Translations under genes and position numbers: made by a program
IMG/VR virus record: IMGVR_UViG_3300032285_004054
Location: 62,001-126,000 of that record
Direction: 5' to 3' (one strand)
Length of the DNA stretch: 64,000 nt
The notes under the pieces: model-generated
Database searches by the model: none
Told to the model about the DNA's origin: nothing
What the model saw: the letters and a program-made list of their open reading frames with translations, nothing else
Part shown: positions 19,645 through 28,347 of the stretch, in pieces
Layout of the letters: every line of letters begins with the position of its first letter
Numbering within the stretch: the stretch's first letter is position 1

Positions 19645-19673
19645 AATATACAAAAAACTACTTTTACAGTCAA
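19645..19673 (-). promoter_or_regulatory. Sigma70-like early promoter
   Basis: TTGACT-N17-TATATT, 8 nt before ATG 19636. Confidence 0.65.
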
Positions 19674-19681
19674 GAAAAAAA

Positions 19682-19966
19682 TTAAATTTTTTCTAGTTCA
19701 TTGATATTTGCAGCACAAACAGAGAAAACATCTACCGGTACCTGTTCCACAAAATCGAGTAACTTTGTAGATATAGCTGCTGTATATTCTTCTTTAGAAA
19801 GAGATAATTTATATCTATCCGGTATCTGCATAAACTCTAAAACATCATTATCCCGTTTTAGAAATAAAAGAAACTCTCCTCTTCTATGCTTAGTAAAAGC
19901 GTACATACCTCTTTCCTGAGGTAGAACAATAGGTACTTTTATCTTCTTTTTAAAGAAGTTGAACAT
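19682..19966 (-). CDS. Hypothetical protein
   Basis: 94 aa ORF filling the gap between neighbours. Confidence 0.65.
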   Translation of the reverse strand: MFNFFKKKIKVPIVLPQERGMYAFTKHRRGEFLLFLKRDNDVLEFMQIPDRYKLSLSKEEYTAAISTKLLDFVEQVPVDVFSVCAANINELEKI

Positions 19967-19988
19967 CTAATAAATTTAGATTCTTTTA

Positions 19989-22046
19989 TTAGAAGTTCCA
20001 GAGTTGAATAGCTCTTTGCTTACCGTTGATCGTCAGTACTAAGAAATCTCCTGTTGCTGTAATCGGATCAGCAAATGTTTGTACTTGAGCTCCTGTAAAT
20101 ACTACATTACTTAGTGTAGCAGTATTTGTTGAACTAATTGTACCTACAACTGTTAATGTGTTGTTCGGATTAGATGTATTAATACCGACATTACCACCTG
20201 ATTTAATTCTTAAGCGTTCATTAGGTGTTGCAGCAGGAGACCCTGTTGTTGTACCGCTCAACGCACCTCCTGTGAATAATACTAAATCACCTGTTGTAGA
20301 TTGTGTACCTAAAACAAAGTTATTTGCTGTTGAATTTGTATAGATGTACCCGTCATTAGCATTTGTAATATTAAATGTAGGGCTATACGAATTTCCGTTA
20401 TACGCATCACTATTAATACCTACATCAATATAGGCATTAGCACTATTGTATATAGAAAGATCTGTTGAAGCGGATATACCTGTATATTGATTTTGTATAC
20501 TTACATATCCAGAAGCTGTACTACTACTTTGTATGTTAAGTGTTTTATCGTTACCGTTTATATTGACACTCTTACCATATGAGCTATCTATAACTCCGTA
20601 TCTACTGTAAATTGTACCTGTATTAGAAGCACTAATATCACCGTAAACTGTTAATTGCTTATTAGGATATGCTGTATTAACCCCTACATTACCTGTTGAC
20701 TTAACTCTAATACGTTCATTGCCGCTGTTAATAGACGTACCGCTTAACGTACCTCCTGCGAAAAGTATTAAGTCACCTGAACTACTTGAAGTACCTAAAG
20801 CTAAATCATTAGCTGTTGAACTGCTATATGCATAAGCATCTCTAGGACCTGCTATTGTAAAAGCTGGTCCGTAACTGGCACCAACCCAGCCAGAGCTGTT
20901 AATACCTATATCAAAAAAGTCTCCTAAATTGTTTGTTGCGGTGAAATCAGCAGAAGCTGAAACACCGTTATTTGTAGATTGCACTTTTACATACCCTGAT
21001 TGTGTAGTGTTACTTTTAACGTAAACAACAGCATCATTACCGCTTGTGACCTGTCCTATAACAGTTAACTGATTGGTAGGGTTGTTTGTATTGATACCAA
21101 CATAACCGTCGTTTGTTTTTGTTGAATCACCTGCGATAAACAGTTTAGTTACACCGTCATCTTTGAAATTAATTACATCAGCGTCTCCTGCTTGATTAAC
21201 AGCTAATGCGACACCCCAACCGTAATTTGTTACGTCAATACTTACTGAACTTAATACCTTTTCGAATGATTGTAATCTTGTTGCGGAACCTATAACGTTT
21301 AGATTACCGTAAATGGTGACATCACCGTAATCGGTAAACCCGCCACTAATAGTATTAGTACCTACAATTACGTTTGTACCTGTTATGGTATTTGTACCGT
21401 TAAGAGTGTTAGTACCATAAGCAGATAGTGTACCCCAACCGGTAATTGTGTTGTTACCGTTAATAGTGTTTGTACCTCTAAGGGTGTTTGTACCATAGGA
21501 TGATAATTCACCCCAACCAGTAATTGTGTTGTTACCGTATATAGTATTGATACCCGTTAAAGCGTTTGTACCGTGCGCAGTAAACGTGCCTTCTTGAAGA
21601 AAATTGCCATCTGAGCTTACATCACCGTATATAGTGAGAGTAGTAGTGTTACCGAGAATATGTCCTAGGTAGTTAGGAGGACCTTGTAGGAATACACTAC
21701 CGTAATTTAAAATATCACCTGCTCCGTAAAAATTACCTGTTGATGAAATACTACCTACACTGACTATATTCCCTACTGATGATACAGCAAAGGAAGACAG
21801 ATTCATATTTTGTAAGTCAAAATTCGGATTGCTGATTATTACAGCTGTAGATAGGTTGAAAAAGTATGCAGCGTAAGAACTTAACGGTGAGAAGCAAGAT
21901 AAGGGCCCTAGTAACACAAAATCACCAAAGAAGGGAGATTCCTTTGAAGCAATTGGATCGTGACTACTATCAGGATATCTAGGATCTAAACTTCCATAAG
22001 TGTGGTGATTATGTCTGTGGAATTTATTATGTAATCTTGAGGACAT
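19989..22046 (-). CDS. Tail fibre-like protein with beta-helix and GNVGINT repeats
   Basis: G[NY]VG[IV]NT..P...LTV.G x3 and ERIR/ERLRI motifs; GTNT hexapeptide repeats; His-rich N-terminus; TAAATA at 22055-22060. Confidence 0.7.
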   Translation of the reverse strand: MSSRLHNKFHRHNHHTYGSLDPRYPDSSHDPIASKESPFFGDFVLLGPLSCFSPLSSYAAYFFNLSTAVIISNPNFDLQNMNLSSFAVSSVGNIVSVGSISSTGNFYGAGDILNYGSVFLQGPPNYLGHILGNTTTLTIYGDVSSDGNFLQEGTFTAHGTNALTGINTIYGNNTITGWGELSSYGTNTLRGTNTINGNNTITGWGTLSAYGTNTLNGTNTITGTNVIVGTNTISGGFTDYGDVTIYGNLNVIGSATRLQSFEKVLSSVSIDVTNYGWGVALAVNQAGDADVINFKDDGVTKLFIAGDSTKTNDGYVGINTNNPTNQLTVIGQVTSGNDAVVYVKSNTTQSGYVKVQSTNNGVSASADFTATNNLGDFFDIGINSSGWVGASYGPAFTIAGPRDAYAYSSSTANDLALGTSSSSGDLILFAGGTLSGTSINSGNERIRVKSTGNVGVNTAYPNKQLTVYGDISASNTGTIYSRYGVIDSSYGKSVNINGNDKTLNIQSSSTASGYVSIQNQYTGISASTDLSIYNSANAYIDVGINSDAYNGNSYSPTFNITNANDGYIYTNSTANNFVLGTQSTTGDLVLFTGGALSGTTTGSPAATPNERLRIKSGGNVGINTSNPNNTLTVVGTISSTNTATLSNVVFTGAQVQTFADPITATGDFLVLTINGKQRAIQLWNF
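21340..21580 (-). repeat. Coding tandem repeats (GTNTL/GNNTI hexapeptides, 78 bp higher-order unit)
   Basis: accccaacc.gtaattgtgttgttaccgt recurs at ~21432 and ~21510. Confidence 0.75.
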
Positions 22047-22094
22047 CTTTAATATATTTATGCCTCAAAGAGAATAAATAACATTACATAATAT

Positions 22095-22754
22095 ATGAGT
22101 TTGTGGTTTACTATAGAGAGTGAAATAATAAAGCTCCTTCCTTTAATTTCTGCCGTACTAATAGGTATACTAGGGCCTGTTGGTGTTGTATATTATAAAC
22201 ATTGGCTATATCGTAAAACATCTGCTATTAGACGTAAAAAGGAAGACTTCGATCATGCTCTTGTTATCCAGCAAAGTATTAACGATTCATTTAATAAACT
22301 ACAAGCACGTTTTGATTTAGATAGATTATGGATATCACTCTTTCACAATGGAGGTAATTATTACCCAGGTAATAAATCTATGAAAAAGATGTCTGTAGCT
22401 TTTGAATCTACAGCACCAGGTGTAGCAGCAGACATACTAAAAATGCAAAATTTACCTATTTCATTTTTTAGTAGTTACTTACAAAAACTTAATACAGATA
22501 ATACAGGTAGCGGTATAATGGTGGATGTATATAAGGAAGAAGATTACGCTTTAAAGAGTTATTGGGAAACAAAAGGTGCAAATACAGTTTATCTATTCCC
22601 TATAAAAAGCTTAGATGGTTTGTTTATTGCAGTACTAGGTGTCGAGTTTGTTAAAAGAGATGGTGAGTTATCTCCTGACGTGTACAGAGAAGTAGCAGAT
22701 GAAGCTAAACTTTTAAGCGGTTACGTAGCTGCAATTTCTGTAGATAAGAGCTAA
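22095..22754 (+). CDS. Single-TM GAF-domain protein, candidate T4 T-type holin
   Basis: N-terminal TM; DRLWISLFHNGG...FE...PGV...YLFPIKSLDGLFIAVLGVEF GAF-like fold; 219 aa; TAAATA at 22075-22080. Confidence 0.5.
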   Translation: MSLWFTIESEIIKLLPLISAVLIGILGPVGVVYYKHWLYRKTSAIRRKKEDFDHALVIQQSINDSFNKLQARFDLDRLWISLFHNGGNYYPGNKSMKKMSVAFESTAPGVAADILKMQNLPISFFSSYLQKLNTDNTGSGIMVDVYKEEDYALKSYWETKGANTVYLFPIKSLDGLFIAVLGVEFVKRDGELSPDVYREVADEAKLLSGYVAAISVDKS

Positions 22755-22762
22755 ATAGTTTG

Positions 22763-23095
22763 GTGACAGCTTTTGAACTAAACGAAGAACTAAAAGAGCG
22801 TTGTGTAAAGTTAGGTGCTAGTAAAGCTGTTACTACTTTTTATAAAAAAGGTGTACCTATAATACCGGAAACGTTTTACGAAACTATAATTGATATACCT
22901 AGTTCATTATCGAATAATGAAATAACTAAAATAGTACAATTGGTTTTAGGGTATAAATTTATCTTCGACGAAGAGTACGAATTTACTGATCCTTTATTAG
23001 AAGGTAATAAAGGAGATTTTAGAATAGCATATGCTATATTCTTAAACGATAAACCTTTTAACTCAGAGATTAATTTTGTTGGTAAATTACCTTAA
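22763..23095 (+). CDS. Hypothetical protein
   Basis: ORF after TAAATA at 22752-22757; GTG 22763 or TTG 22760 start. Confidence 0.6.
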   Translation: MTAFELNEELKERCVKLGASKAVTTFYKKGVPIIPETFYETIIDIPSSLSNNEITKIVQLVLGYKFIFDEEYEFTDPLLEGNKGDFRIAYAIFLNDKPFNSEINFVGKLP

Positions 23096-23108
23096 ATAAA
23101 AAAATATT

Positions 23109-23291
23109 ATGACTCCTAGTAAAAAACAAGAAATAGAAGTTATTGTCGATCAAGCTATTGAAGCTTTAATTTTTGAAATTTTTGACGGTAACCTAAGTAA
23201 CGAAGAAGAAGTTGAATACGGTTTACGTATTTTAAAGCATAAGATTGATAATCTTGATGCTAGCGATTTCGATCACTTAATTGATTACTGA
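23109..23291 (+). CDS. Hypothetical small acidic protein
   Basis: 60 aa; TAAATA at 23093-23098. Confidence 0.65.
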   Translation: MTPSKKQEIEVIVDQAIEALIFEIFDGNLSNEEEVEYGLRILKHKIDNLDASDFDHLIDY

Positions 23292-23794
23292 AGACCTTTC
23301 AGGTAGTTACTTGTATTAGTAGTACCTGGTGTACCGGCTGGAGCTGTTCCTCCGGGAAGAGCGGAAGGTTCTTGGCTTGTTTGTAGAGGTTTTTCACTGT
23401 CACCTTTAGCCTTTTTAACTACCTCGTTAAACTTATCAACAACGGCGTCGAATGTCTCTTCGTCATGCTGATCTATTGTAGTAATATCTGTTTTATCTTT
23501 TGTATTGATAATTCTTACCTCAAAGTTACCATCAGCTGTAGGAATTACCTTTACTAGGTAGGAAAGTTTATATGTCGGGTTATCCCATATAAAGTAAAAG
23601 TTCTTATTGATATCGTCTCCTGCAATAAGCTCTCTTACATCAACAGGCTTCATTAAGCCTGTATCAATTAACTTTTTAACTAACTCTACAGTGAAATCAT
23701 ACGCACTTGTACTTGCTCTGTTAACCATAGACGGTATAACACCTGTATTATCTTCAGTAAGGAATTTCTCTACGTAGTAATCAAATCGGCTCAT
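23285..23794 (-). CDS. Hypothetical protein with capsid-targeting-like leader
   Basis: MSRFDYYVEKFLTE start; TAAATA at 23802-23807. Confidence 0.65.
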   Translation of the reverse strand: MSRFDYYVEKFLTEDNTGVIPSMVNRASTSAYDFTVELVKKLIDTGLMKPVDVRELIAGDDINKNFYFIWDNPTYKLSYLVKVIPTADGNFEVRIINTKDKTDITTIDQHDEETFDAVVDKFNEVVKKAKGDSEKPLQTSQEPSALPGGTAPAGTPGTTNTSNYLKGLQ

Positions 23795-23819
23795 TGTGTA
23801 TTATTTATTAAATAAAATA

Positions 23820-23951
23820 GTGAAAGGCTTCTTATATTATTTCTGGTTAGTATATTTTTTTATTAAGAGAGCTCCAGAGTTAATTTGTTTATTAATTTAC
23901 AGAGAGTATCTTTATATTTTACTCTTTATTCAGAGCCTTTTTGAAGATTAG
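23820..23951 (+). CDS. Possible 43 aa hydrophobic peptide
   Basis: GTG...TAG ORF MKGFLYYFWLVYFFIKRAPELICLLIYREYLYILLFIQSLFED after TAAATA at 23809-23814; below the track cutoff. Confidence 0.35.
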   Translation: MKGFLYYFWLVYFFIKRAPELICLLIYREYLYILLFIQSLFED

Positions 23952-24253
23952 CACTTCCAGCGTCTTCTAGCAGCACACCCTCTTGTATTTTTACCAGCAC
24001 AGCCCCCTGCTGGAATCCAAGCTTTACTTCTAGCACAAAAACTCTTTCTACGTTTAGAAGCTTTAGAGCCTTTTTTAACTTTACCGGTAACTGGAGCTTT
24101 GAGATGGGATCCTGTAGCACGGTTATATTTTGCTCTACCTTTTGCAGTTAAACCACCTCCACGGTTTACAGAAAGCTTTTCTCCTCTTTTTACAGAAAGA
24201 CTAGGTCCGTTTTTTTCTTCCAGTAATTGTTCTACTAATAATGTAAAATTCAT
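23948..24253 (-). CDS. Small basic conserved phage protein (DUF6321-like) with capsid-targeting-like leader
   Basis: MNFTLLVEQLLEE then GGLTAKGRAKYN...LKAPV...RRKSFCAR...RRWKC. Confidence 0.7.
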   Translation of the reverse strand: MNFTLLVEQLLEEKNGPSLSVKRGEKLSVNRGGGLTAKGRAKYNRATGSHLKAPVTGKVKKGSKASKRRKSFCARSKAWIPAGGCAGKNTRGCAARRRWKC

Positions 24254-24257
24254 ATCA

Positions 24258-24515
24258 TTATATAATAGCTGCTAATTCTCTTAATGCGTCTTCAAATGAA
24301 ACAACATCAACATTGTTTGTTTTAGTATCTAGTTTAGTTTGCTCTTCTACAGGTATAACAGATCTTAACCGTTCAAATACACCTCTTTCAAATGCATTAG
24401 CTTCAGGATCTCTTATTATGGTAGGAGAGTGTCTTCCATGACTTAAACTGGGGAGATGAATGGTCTCCTTAGGGACACACTTAGTATAAACGTCTTCTAA
24501 ATTCATATTAAGCAC
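24258..24515 (-). CDS. Hypothetical protein
   Basis: 85 aa ORF downstream of the endolysin. Confidence 0.6.
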   Translation of the reverse strand: MLNMNLEDVYTKCVPKETIHLPSLSHGRHSPTIIRDPEANAFERGVFERLRSVIPVEEQTKLDTKTNNVDVVSFEDALRELAAII

Positions 24516-25119
24516 AGCTTTCTACTAGTTTTGCTTCTGCTTCTCGTCTAGCTAGTAAACCATCGAGACCTTTGCCTTCCCAGATACGTTTCATAGAACG
24601 GAGTTCTTCAGCAATTCCTTTATAATCTTTCTTAGGTACAAGCTCTCTTATTACTCTCATTTCTGATCTACTAGGACCTGATAAGCTAGATCCTCTATTG
24701 AATACCAACGATACAATAGCGCCGTAAGCATCATCGCATAATTGATCTAAACCAGGGAATGCTTTTTCTGCTAATTTAGCAAACTTAGCCCAGATGAGCT
24801 TATTAAACATTTCAATTGCTTGATCCCAAGTAACAACTATACCGCTGTTTTTATGTTGTTGTGTATATGCTTTACCTGCTTGACCTGTCTTACCAGATGC
24901 TCCTTTAACAATATCTAATTGTTCTTTAGGTAGAAAGTAAAATAGCTTTTCGAGTTCGGTTGGTGTATAGTAACCACAATCAACACCGATACCTAATGTA
25001 AAGCCTGATGCCCCGCCTGGCCACTCCGGCTTTGTTAAATGTCTTTCGTAATAAGATTTACCGCCACCGACTTCGTATTCTAAAATTAAGTCTAATGCTT
25101 TTGGTGATGGCTGTTTCAT
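24508..25119 (-). CDS. Endolysin, lysozyme superfamily (GH24-like)
   Basis: ILEYEVGG...WPGGASGFTLGIGVD, AIVSLVFNRG and GLLARREAEAKL. Confidence 0.85.
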   Translation of the reverse strand: MKQPSPKALDLILEYEVGGGKSYYERHLTKPEWPGGASGFTLGIGVDCGYYTPTELEKLFYFLPKEQLDIVKGASGKTGQAGKAYTQQHKNSGIVVTWDQAIEMFNKLIWAKFAKLAEKAFPGLDQLCDDAYGAIVSLVFNRGSSLSGPSRSEMRVIRELVPKKDYKGIAEELRSMKRIWEGKGLDGLLARREAEAKLVESCA

Positions 25120-25469
25120 ACTTCTATCTCCGATATATGATAATCTTCTTCTTTTGCGTTATTTGTTAATCTCTCTTCCTTAATATTGATATCTTTTCTT
25201 TCATAGCTACGTTCATTAGTATTTTGATTCTCTGTCGTAGAATCCGCTCTAAACAGCTTCATTGTTTCTGTACCTGAATAACCGAGAATAAACGAACCAG
25301 CACAGAAGGTTAAGAACGTAAGATAGGGTGTCGGATCTTTAAGAACATTTAAGGCATCAACAATAAGAACTAATAAACCAAAACACAAAAAAACAACAAG
25401 CCATTTCTGACGATTGCCTTCAAGAAATCGTTCTTTAGTAAATAACTTTCTTCTCTGTTGATACGCCAT
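25116..25469 (-). CDS. Putative holin (2 TM)
   Basis: Two TM helices and a charged C-tail; ATGA overlap with the endolysin; TAAATA at 25477-25482. Confidence 0.6.
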   Translation of the reverse strand: MAYQQRRKLFTKERFLEGNRQKWLVVFLCFGLLVLIVDALNVLKDPTPYLTFLTFCAGSFILGYSGTETMKLFRADSTTENQNTNERSYERKDINIKEERLTNNAKEEDYHISEIEV

Positions 25470-25479
25470 TTAAAATTAT

Positions 25480-25590
25480 TTATCTCAAATAATAATACAT
25501 AACATGAGCCATACCATAGCCGAATAATAAGCTATAGATACAGATCCAGATAGGAGGATAGGAAGAGTGTGGTCGGTATTCGTCCGTCAT
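25480..25590 (-). CDS. 36 aa single-TM peptide
   Basis: MTDEYRPHSSYPPIWICIYSLLFGYGMAHVMYYYLR; below the track cutoff. Confidence 0.45.
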   Translation of the reverse strand: MTDEYRPHSSYPPIWICIYSLLFGYGMAHVMYYYLR

Positions 25591-25607
25591 AATCTTAAAC
25601 TTAAAGA

Positions 25608-25736
25608 TTAGAATAAAAGACCAGCAATAAAGCCGAGCACGAAAATAAGAATAACTAATGCGGCTTTAGGATGGGTTTCAATCCACGAAAACGTAGTATT
25701 GAAAGCAGATGAAATTATTTGTTTTAATTTATCCAT
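25608..25736 (-). CDS. 42 aa C-terminal-TM peptide
   Basis: MDKLKQIISSAFNTTFSWIETHPKAALVILIFVLGFIAGLLF; TAAATA at 25742-25747. Confidence 0.65.
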   Translation of the reverse strand: MDKLKQIISSAFNTTFSWIETHPKAALVILIFVLGFIAGLLF

Positions 25737-25769
25737 ATTATTATTTATGGATAAATTAAACAGAAACCA

Positions 25770-26351
25770 CTATAAAAGCAGGAACCTACTGGCTCTCAAC
25801 CAGATATAACCACCGATAAGAGCAGATAGAGCAAGGATAATTACATTACGCTTCCAGATAGCAGCGTCTTTCTTATAAATTTCTGACTGCAGATGATTGA
25901 GATCTGCTACCATCTTATCACTCATTTCTTTTTGCTTAACTAATTCGTTTTGATTTACAATCAACTGATTAGCCATATTTTTATTATCTGTCTCCAGCTG
26001 CTTTTTAATCTCTCTATCTTTTAGAAGTGTTTGATATTCGGTAGAACCTACTACAACTACCTTGTCGTTTTTATAAACATCGGGTACAATAACTACTCTT
26101 GTCTTGTCAGTGTTTTTTGAATTCTTAACGACTTGACCTGCTTCGTAGATTGCACTAATTTTAATAGGTTGTTTAGGAGGCTTAATAAACTTTGTAGTTT
26201 CGTTTGAATAGAAGAACGCTAAATCAACTCTTGCTTTTGCAAGAGAATCATTAGTAGCATAAACATTCTGGCTAACTGCTTGAGATTGTTTTTCGGTGTA
26301 CAATGTACAACCTGCTATTAATAGCACTGCTGTTAGTATAATCTTTTTCAT
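25770..26351 (-). CDS. Lipoprotein with C-terminal TM, candidate unimolecular spanin
   Basis: MKKIILTAVLLIAG-C lipobox, coiled coil, C-terminal VIILALSALIGGYIWL TM; upstream of the holin and endolysin. Confidence 0.65.
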   Translation of the reverse strand: MKKIILTAVLLIAGCTLYTEKQSQAVSQNVYATNDSLAKARVDLAFFYSNETTKFIKPPKQPIKISAIYEAGQVVKNSKNTDKTRVVIVPDVYKNDKVVVVGSTEYQTLLKDREIKKQLETDNKNMANQLIVNQNELVKQKEMSDKMVADLNHLQSEIYKKDAAIWKRNVIILALSALIGGYIWLRASRFLLL

Positions 26352-26359
26352 TTTTTTAT

Positions 26360-26920
26360 TTATAAAATAGGTTTGGATATATCAAGTATGGTATTATAGA
26401 TAATATCTCTGGCTCGTTCAACGGTCATTTCACCAAAAAGTGTAGATCTTGGATGTATTCGTACTTCTGGAAACTCTGGTGGCTCGTAAGGAGAATCGAT
26501 ACCTGTAAAGTCTTTTATCTCCCCTGCACGTGCTTTTTTATACAAACCTTTAGGATCTCTTAACTCGCAAGTACGTAAAGGTGTATCCATATACACTTCA
26601 ATAAATCTAGCGCTAGCGTATTTCTCTAGCATATCTCGAGCTTCATCTCGCATTGATCGGAGAGGGGAAATCATAGCTACAATAACAAGATTAGCCTTTT
26701 GAAAAGTAAGCATATTTTTAGCACAATAAATAGCTTCAGATACCATTCTCTGTCTACTCTTCATATCAAAGCCTTTTGGTATATCATAACTAGCTCTCAA
26801 AGCATCACCATCAATAAGACCTGTCCGGAATTGAAATATACACTTGTTATACAAAGCATTTGCAACGGTTGTTTTGCCAGCTCCAGATAAACCTGTAATC
26901 CAAACAACAGTAGGTTTCAT
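26360..26920 (-). CDS. cysC: Adenylyl-sulfate (APS) kinase
   Basis: WITGLSGAGKTT, DGDALR, ISP and RDPKGLYKKARAGEIKDFTGIDSPYEPP; start probably ATG 26920 (ATGA overlap). Confidence 0.93.
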   Translation of the reverse strand: MKPTVVWITGLSGAGKTTVANALYNKCIFQFRTGLIDGDALRASYDIPKGFDMKSRQRMVSEAIYCAKNMLTFQKANLVIVAMISPLRSMRDEARDMLEKYASARFIEVYMDTPLRTCELRDPKGLYKKARAGEIKDFTGIDSPYEPPEFPEVRIHPRSTLFGEMTVERARDIIYNTILDISKPIL

Positions 26921-27147
26921 CGATTTAAGTCGAGATGGTAAGACTCTAACAAGTTCCAAAGTTCTTGTCTCGCTGCTTCCATAGCATTAGTATACTCTTC
27001 ATGAGCATCCTCTGCTGGATACTTGACTTTGTTTCTAAGATATTGATCTAGTTCCCAAAGAACAGAATAGAACTTTCCGCCATTGTTGGCAAAGTCAAAG
27101 TCGTCTTGTTCTTCTGGTAGGTCGTAGGTTATGGTTGCTTTTGGCAT
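26917..27147 (-). CDS. Hypothetical phage protein
   Basis: 76 aa, MPKATITYDLPEEQ...WELDQYLR. Confidence 0.7.
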   Translation of the reverse strand: MPKATITYDLPEEQDDFDFANNGGKFYSVLWELDQYLRNKVKYPAEDAHEEYTNAMEAARQELWNLLESYHLDLNR

Positions 27148-27150
27148 ATA

Positions 27151-27627
27151 TTACAAATTATCCCATTCTCTACGAGATTCAAGGTTATTCTTTTTACAAA
27201 TATTACAAGGGCACTTCCATTCTTCTTCCTCCCTAGTCCATCCTCCCCAATGAATAGGGTATGAAGAATGATAAGGTTTAGGTTCTTTTTCTACGGTGTT
27301 ATTAACAATATGATTCTTTAACTTTGCAATTTCTTCTATTAGCCTGACATTCTCTTCTTTAAGATGTCTCAAATTAATAACTTCTTTTAAGAGTTCATTG
27401 TTTTTGTCTACTACTTCTTGATAAAGATTCATCCAATTTTTATTGCCCTTTTTATATTCAAGAATTTCATCTTTTAGTTCTCGATTCTCTTTATAGAACT
27501 TCTCAGACTCTCCTTTAAAGTACTCTGCTGTCTCGATAGGTACATATTGCCAACCAAATGGATTAGTACCTAGAGCATCATCAATAATTTCTTGTTCGTT
27601 TTTATTAGATCCGAATAGATTGAACAT
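27151..27627 (-). CDS. Hypothetical coiled-coil protein (early)
   Basis: Heptad region, C-terminal CPCNIC. Confidence 0.7.
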   Translation of the reverse strand: MFNLFGSNKNEQEIIDDALGTNPFGWQYVPIETAEYFKGESEKFYKENRELKDEILEYKKGNKNWMNLYQEVVDKNNELLKEVINLRHLKEENVRLIEEIAKLKNHIVNNTVEKEPKPYHSSYPIHWGGWTREEEEWKCPCNICKKNNLESRREWDNL

Positions 27628-27634
27628 AAGCTTG

Positions 27635-27662
27635 ATTATAGAGCAAAAGAAAGGTAAGTCAA
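27635..27662 (-). promoter_or_regulatory. Sigma70-like early promoter of the cysC-containing operon
   Basis: TTGACT-N16-TATAAT, 7 nt before ATG 27627. Confidence 0.7.
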
Positions 27663-27675
27663 ATAAATAGTATAG

Positions 27676-28347
27676 ATGTCCAATATTCTAGTCATTTCAG
27701 ACATTCATCTCGGAAGCCCTATTTCTAAAGTTAAATCGTTAGTTAAAGTTCTTAAGAATGAGAAGTATAATCATTTAATTCTTAACGGAGATATATTCGA
27801 TAACAAGCATATTCATAGATATAAGAAAAGACACTGGAATATTCTGAGTTTGTTAAGAAAGATATCAAAGAAGAAAAGGGTAACTTTTATTCTCGGTAAT
27901 CACGATATAAAGTCAAAGAACATTATCAAGATTCTAGGCCTGGAGTTTGTTGAAAGATTAGAACTAGAAGTAAATGGAAAGAAGATGCTGTTTATTCATT
28001 TTCATCAGTTCGATCCTTTTATCTTTAAACACCCTTGGATAACAGATATAGCAGAACAGATTTATTATTTTTTCCAGAGCATAGATAGATCAAAGAGATT
28101 CAGTAGATGGTTAAAGAGAACATCTAAAAGGTTCTTAAAAATCAAAACCAATATAAGAGACAAGGCTCTAAACTATATCAAAGACAAAAACTATGATGCC
28201 ATTTTTGGAGGACATATCCATTTTGCCGAAAGCTTTGTATGCCTAGAATCAGGAAAAGAGTATCACAACTCAGGCTCTTTTTGTGATGAACCTTGTCACT
28301 ATCTAATAATTGACAAGGAAGGTAAGGTTACTTTGAAAGAGATTTAA
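27676..28347 (+). CDS. Calcineurin-like metallophosphoesterase, LpxH-like
   Basis: SDIHLG, GDIFD, GNHD, HFHQFD and GHIH; TAAATA at 27664-27669. Confidence 0.85.
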   Translation: MSNILVISDIHLGSPISKVKSLVKVLKNEKYNHLILNGDIFDNKHIHRYKKRHWNILSLLRKISKKKRVTFILGNHDIKSKNIIKILGLEFVERLELEVNGKKMLFIHFHQFDPFIFKHPWITDIAEQIYYFFQSIDRSKRFSRWLKRTSKRFLKIKTNIRDKALNYIKDKNYDAIFGGHIHFAESFVCLESGKEYHNSGSFCDEPCHYLIIDKEGKVTLKEI

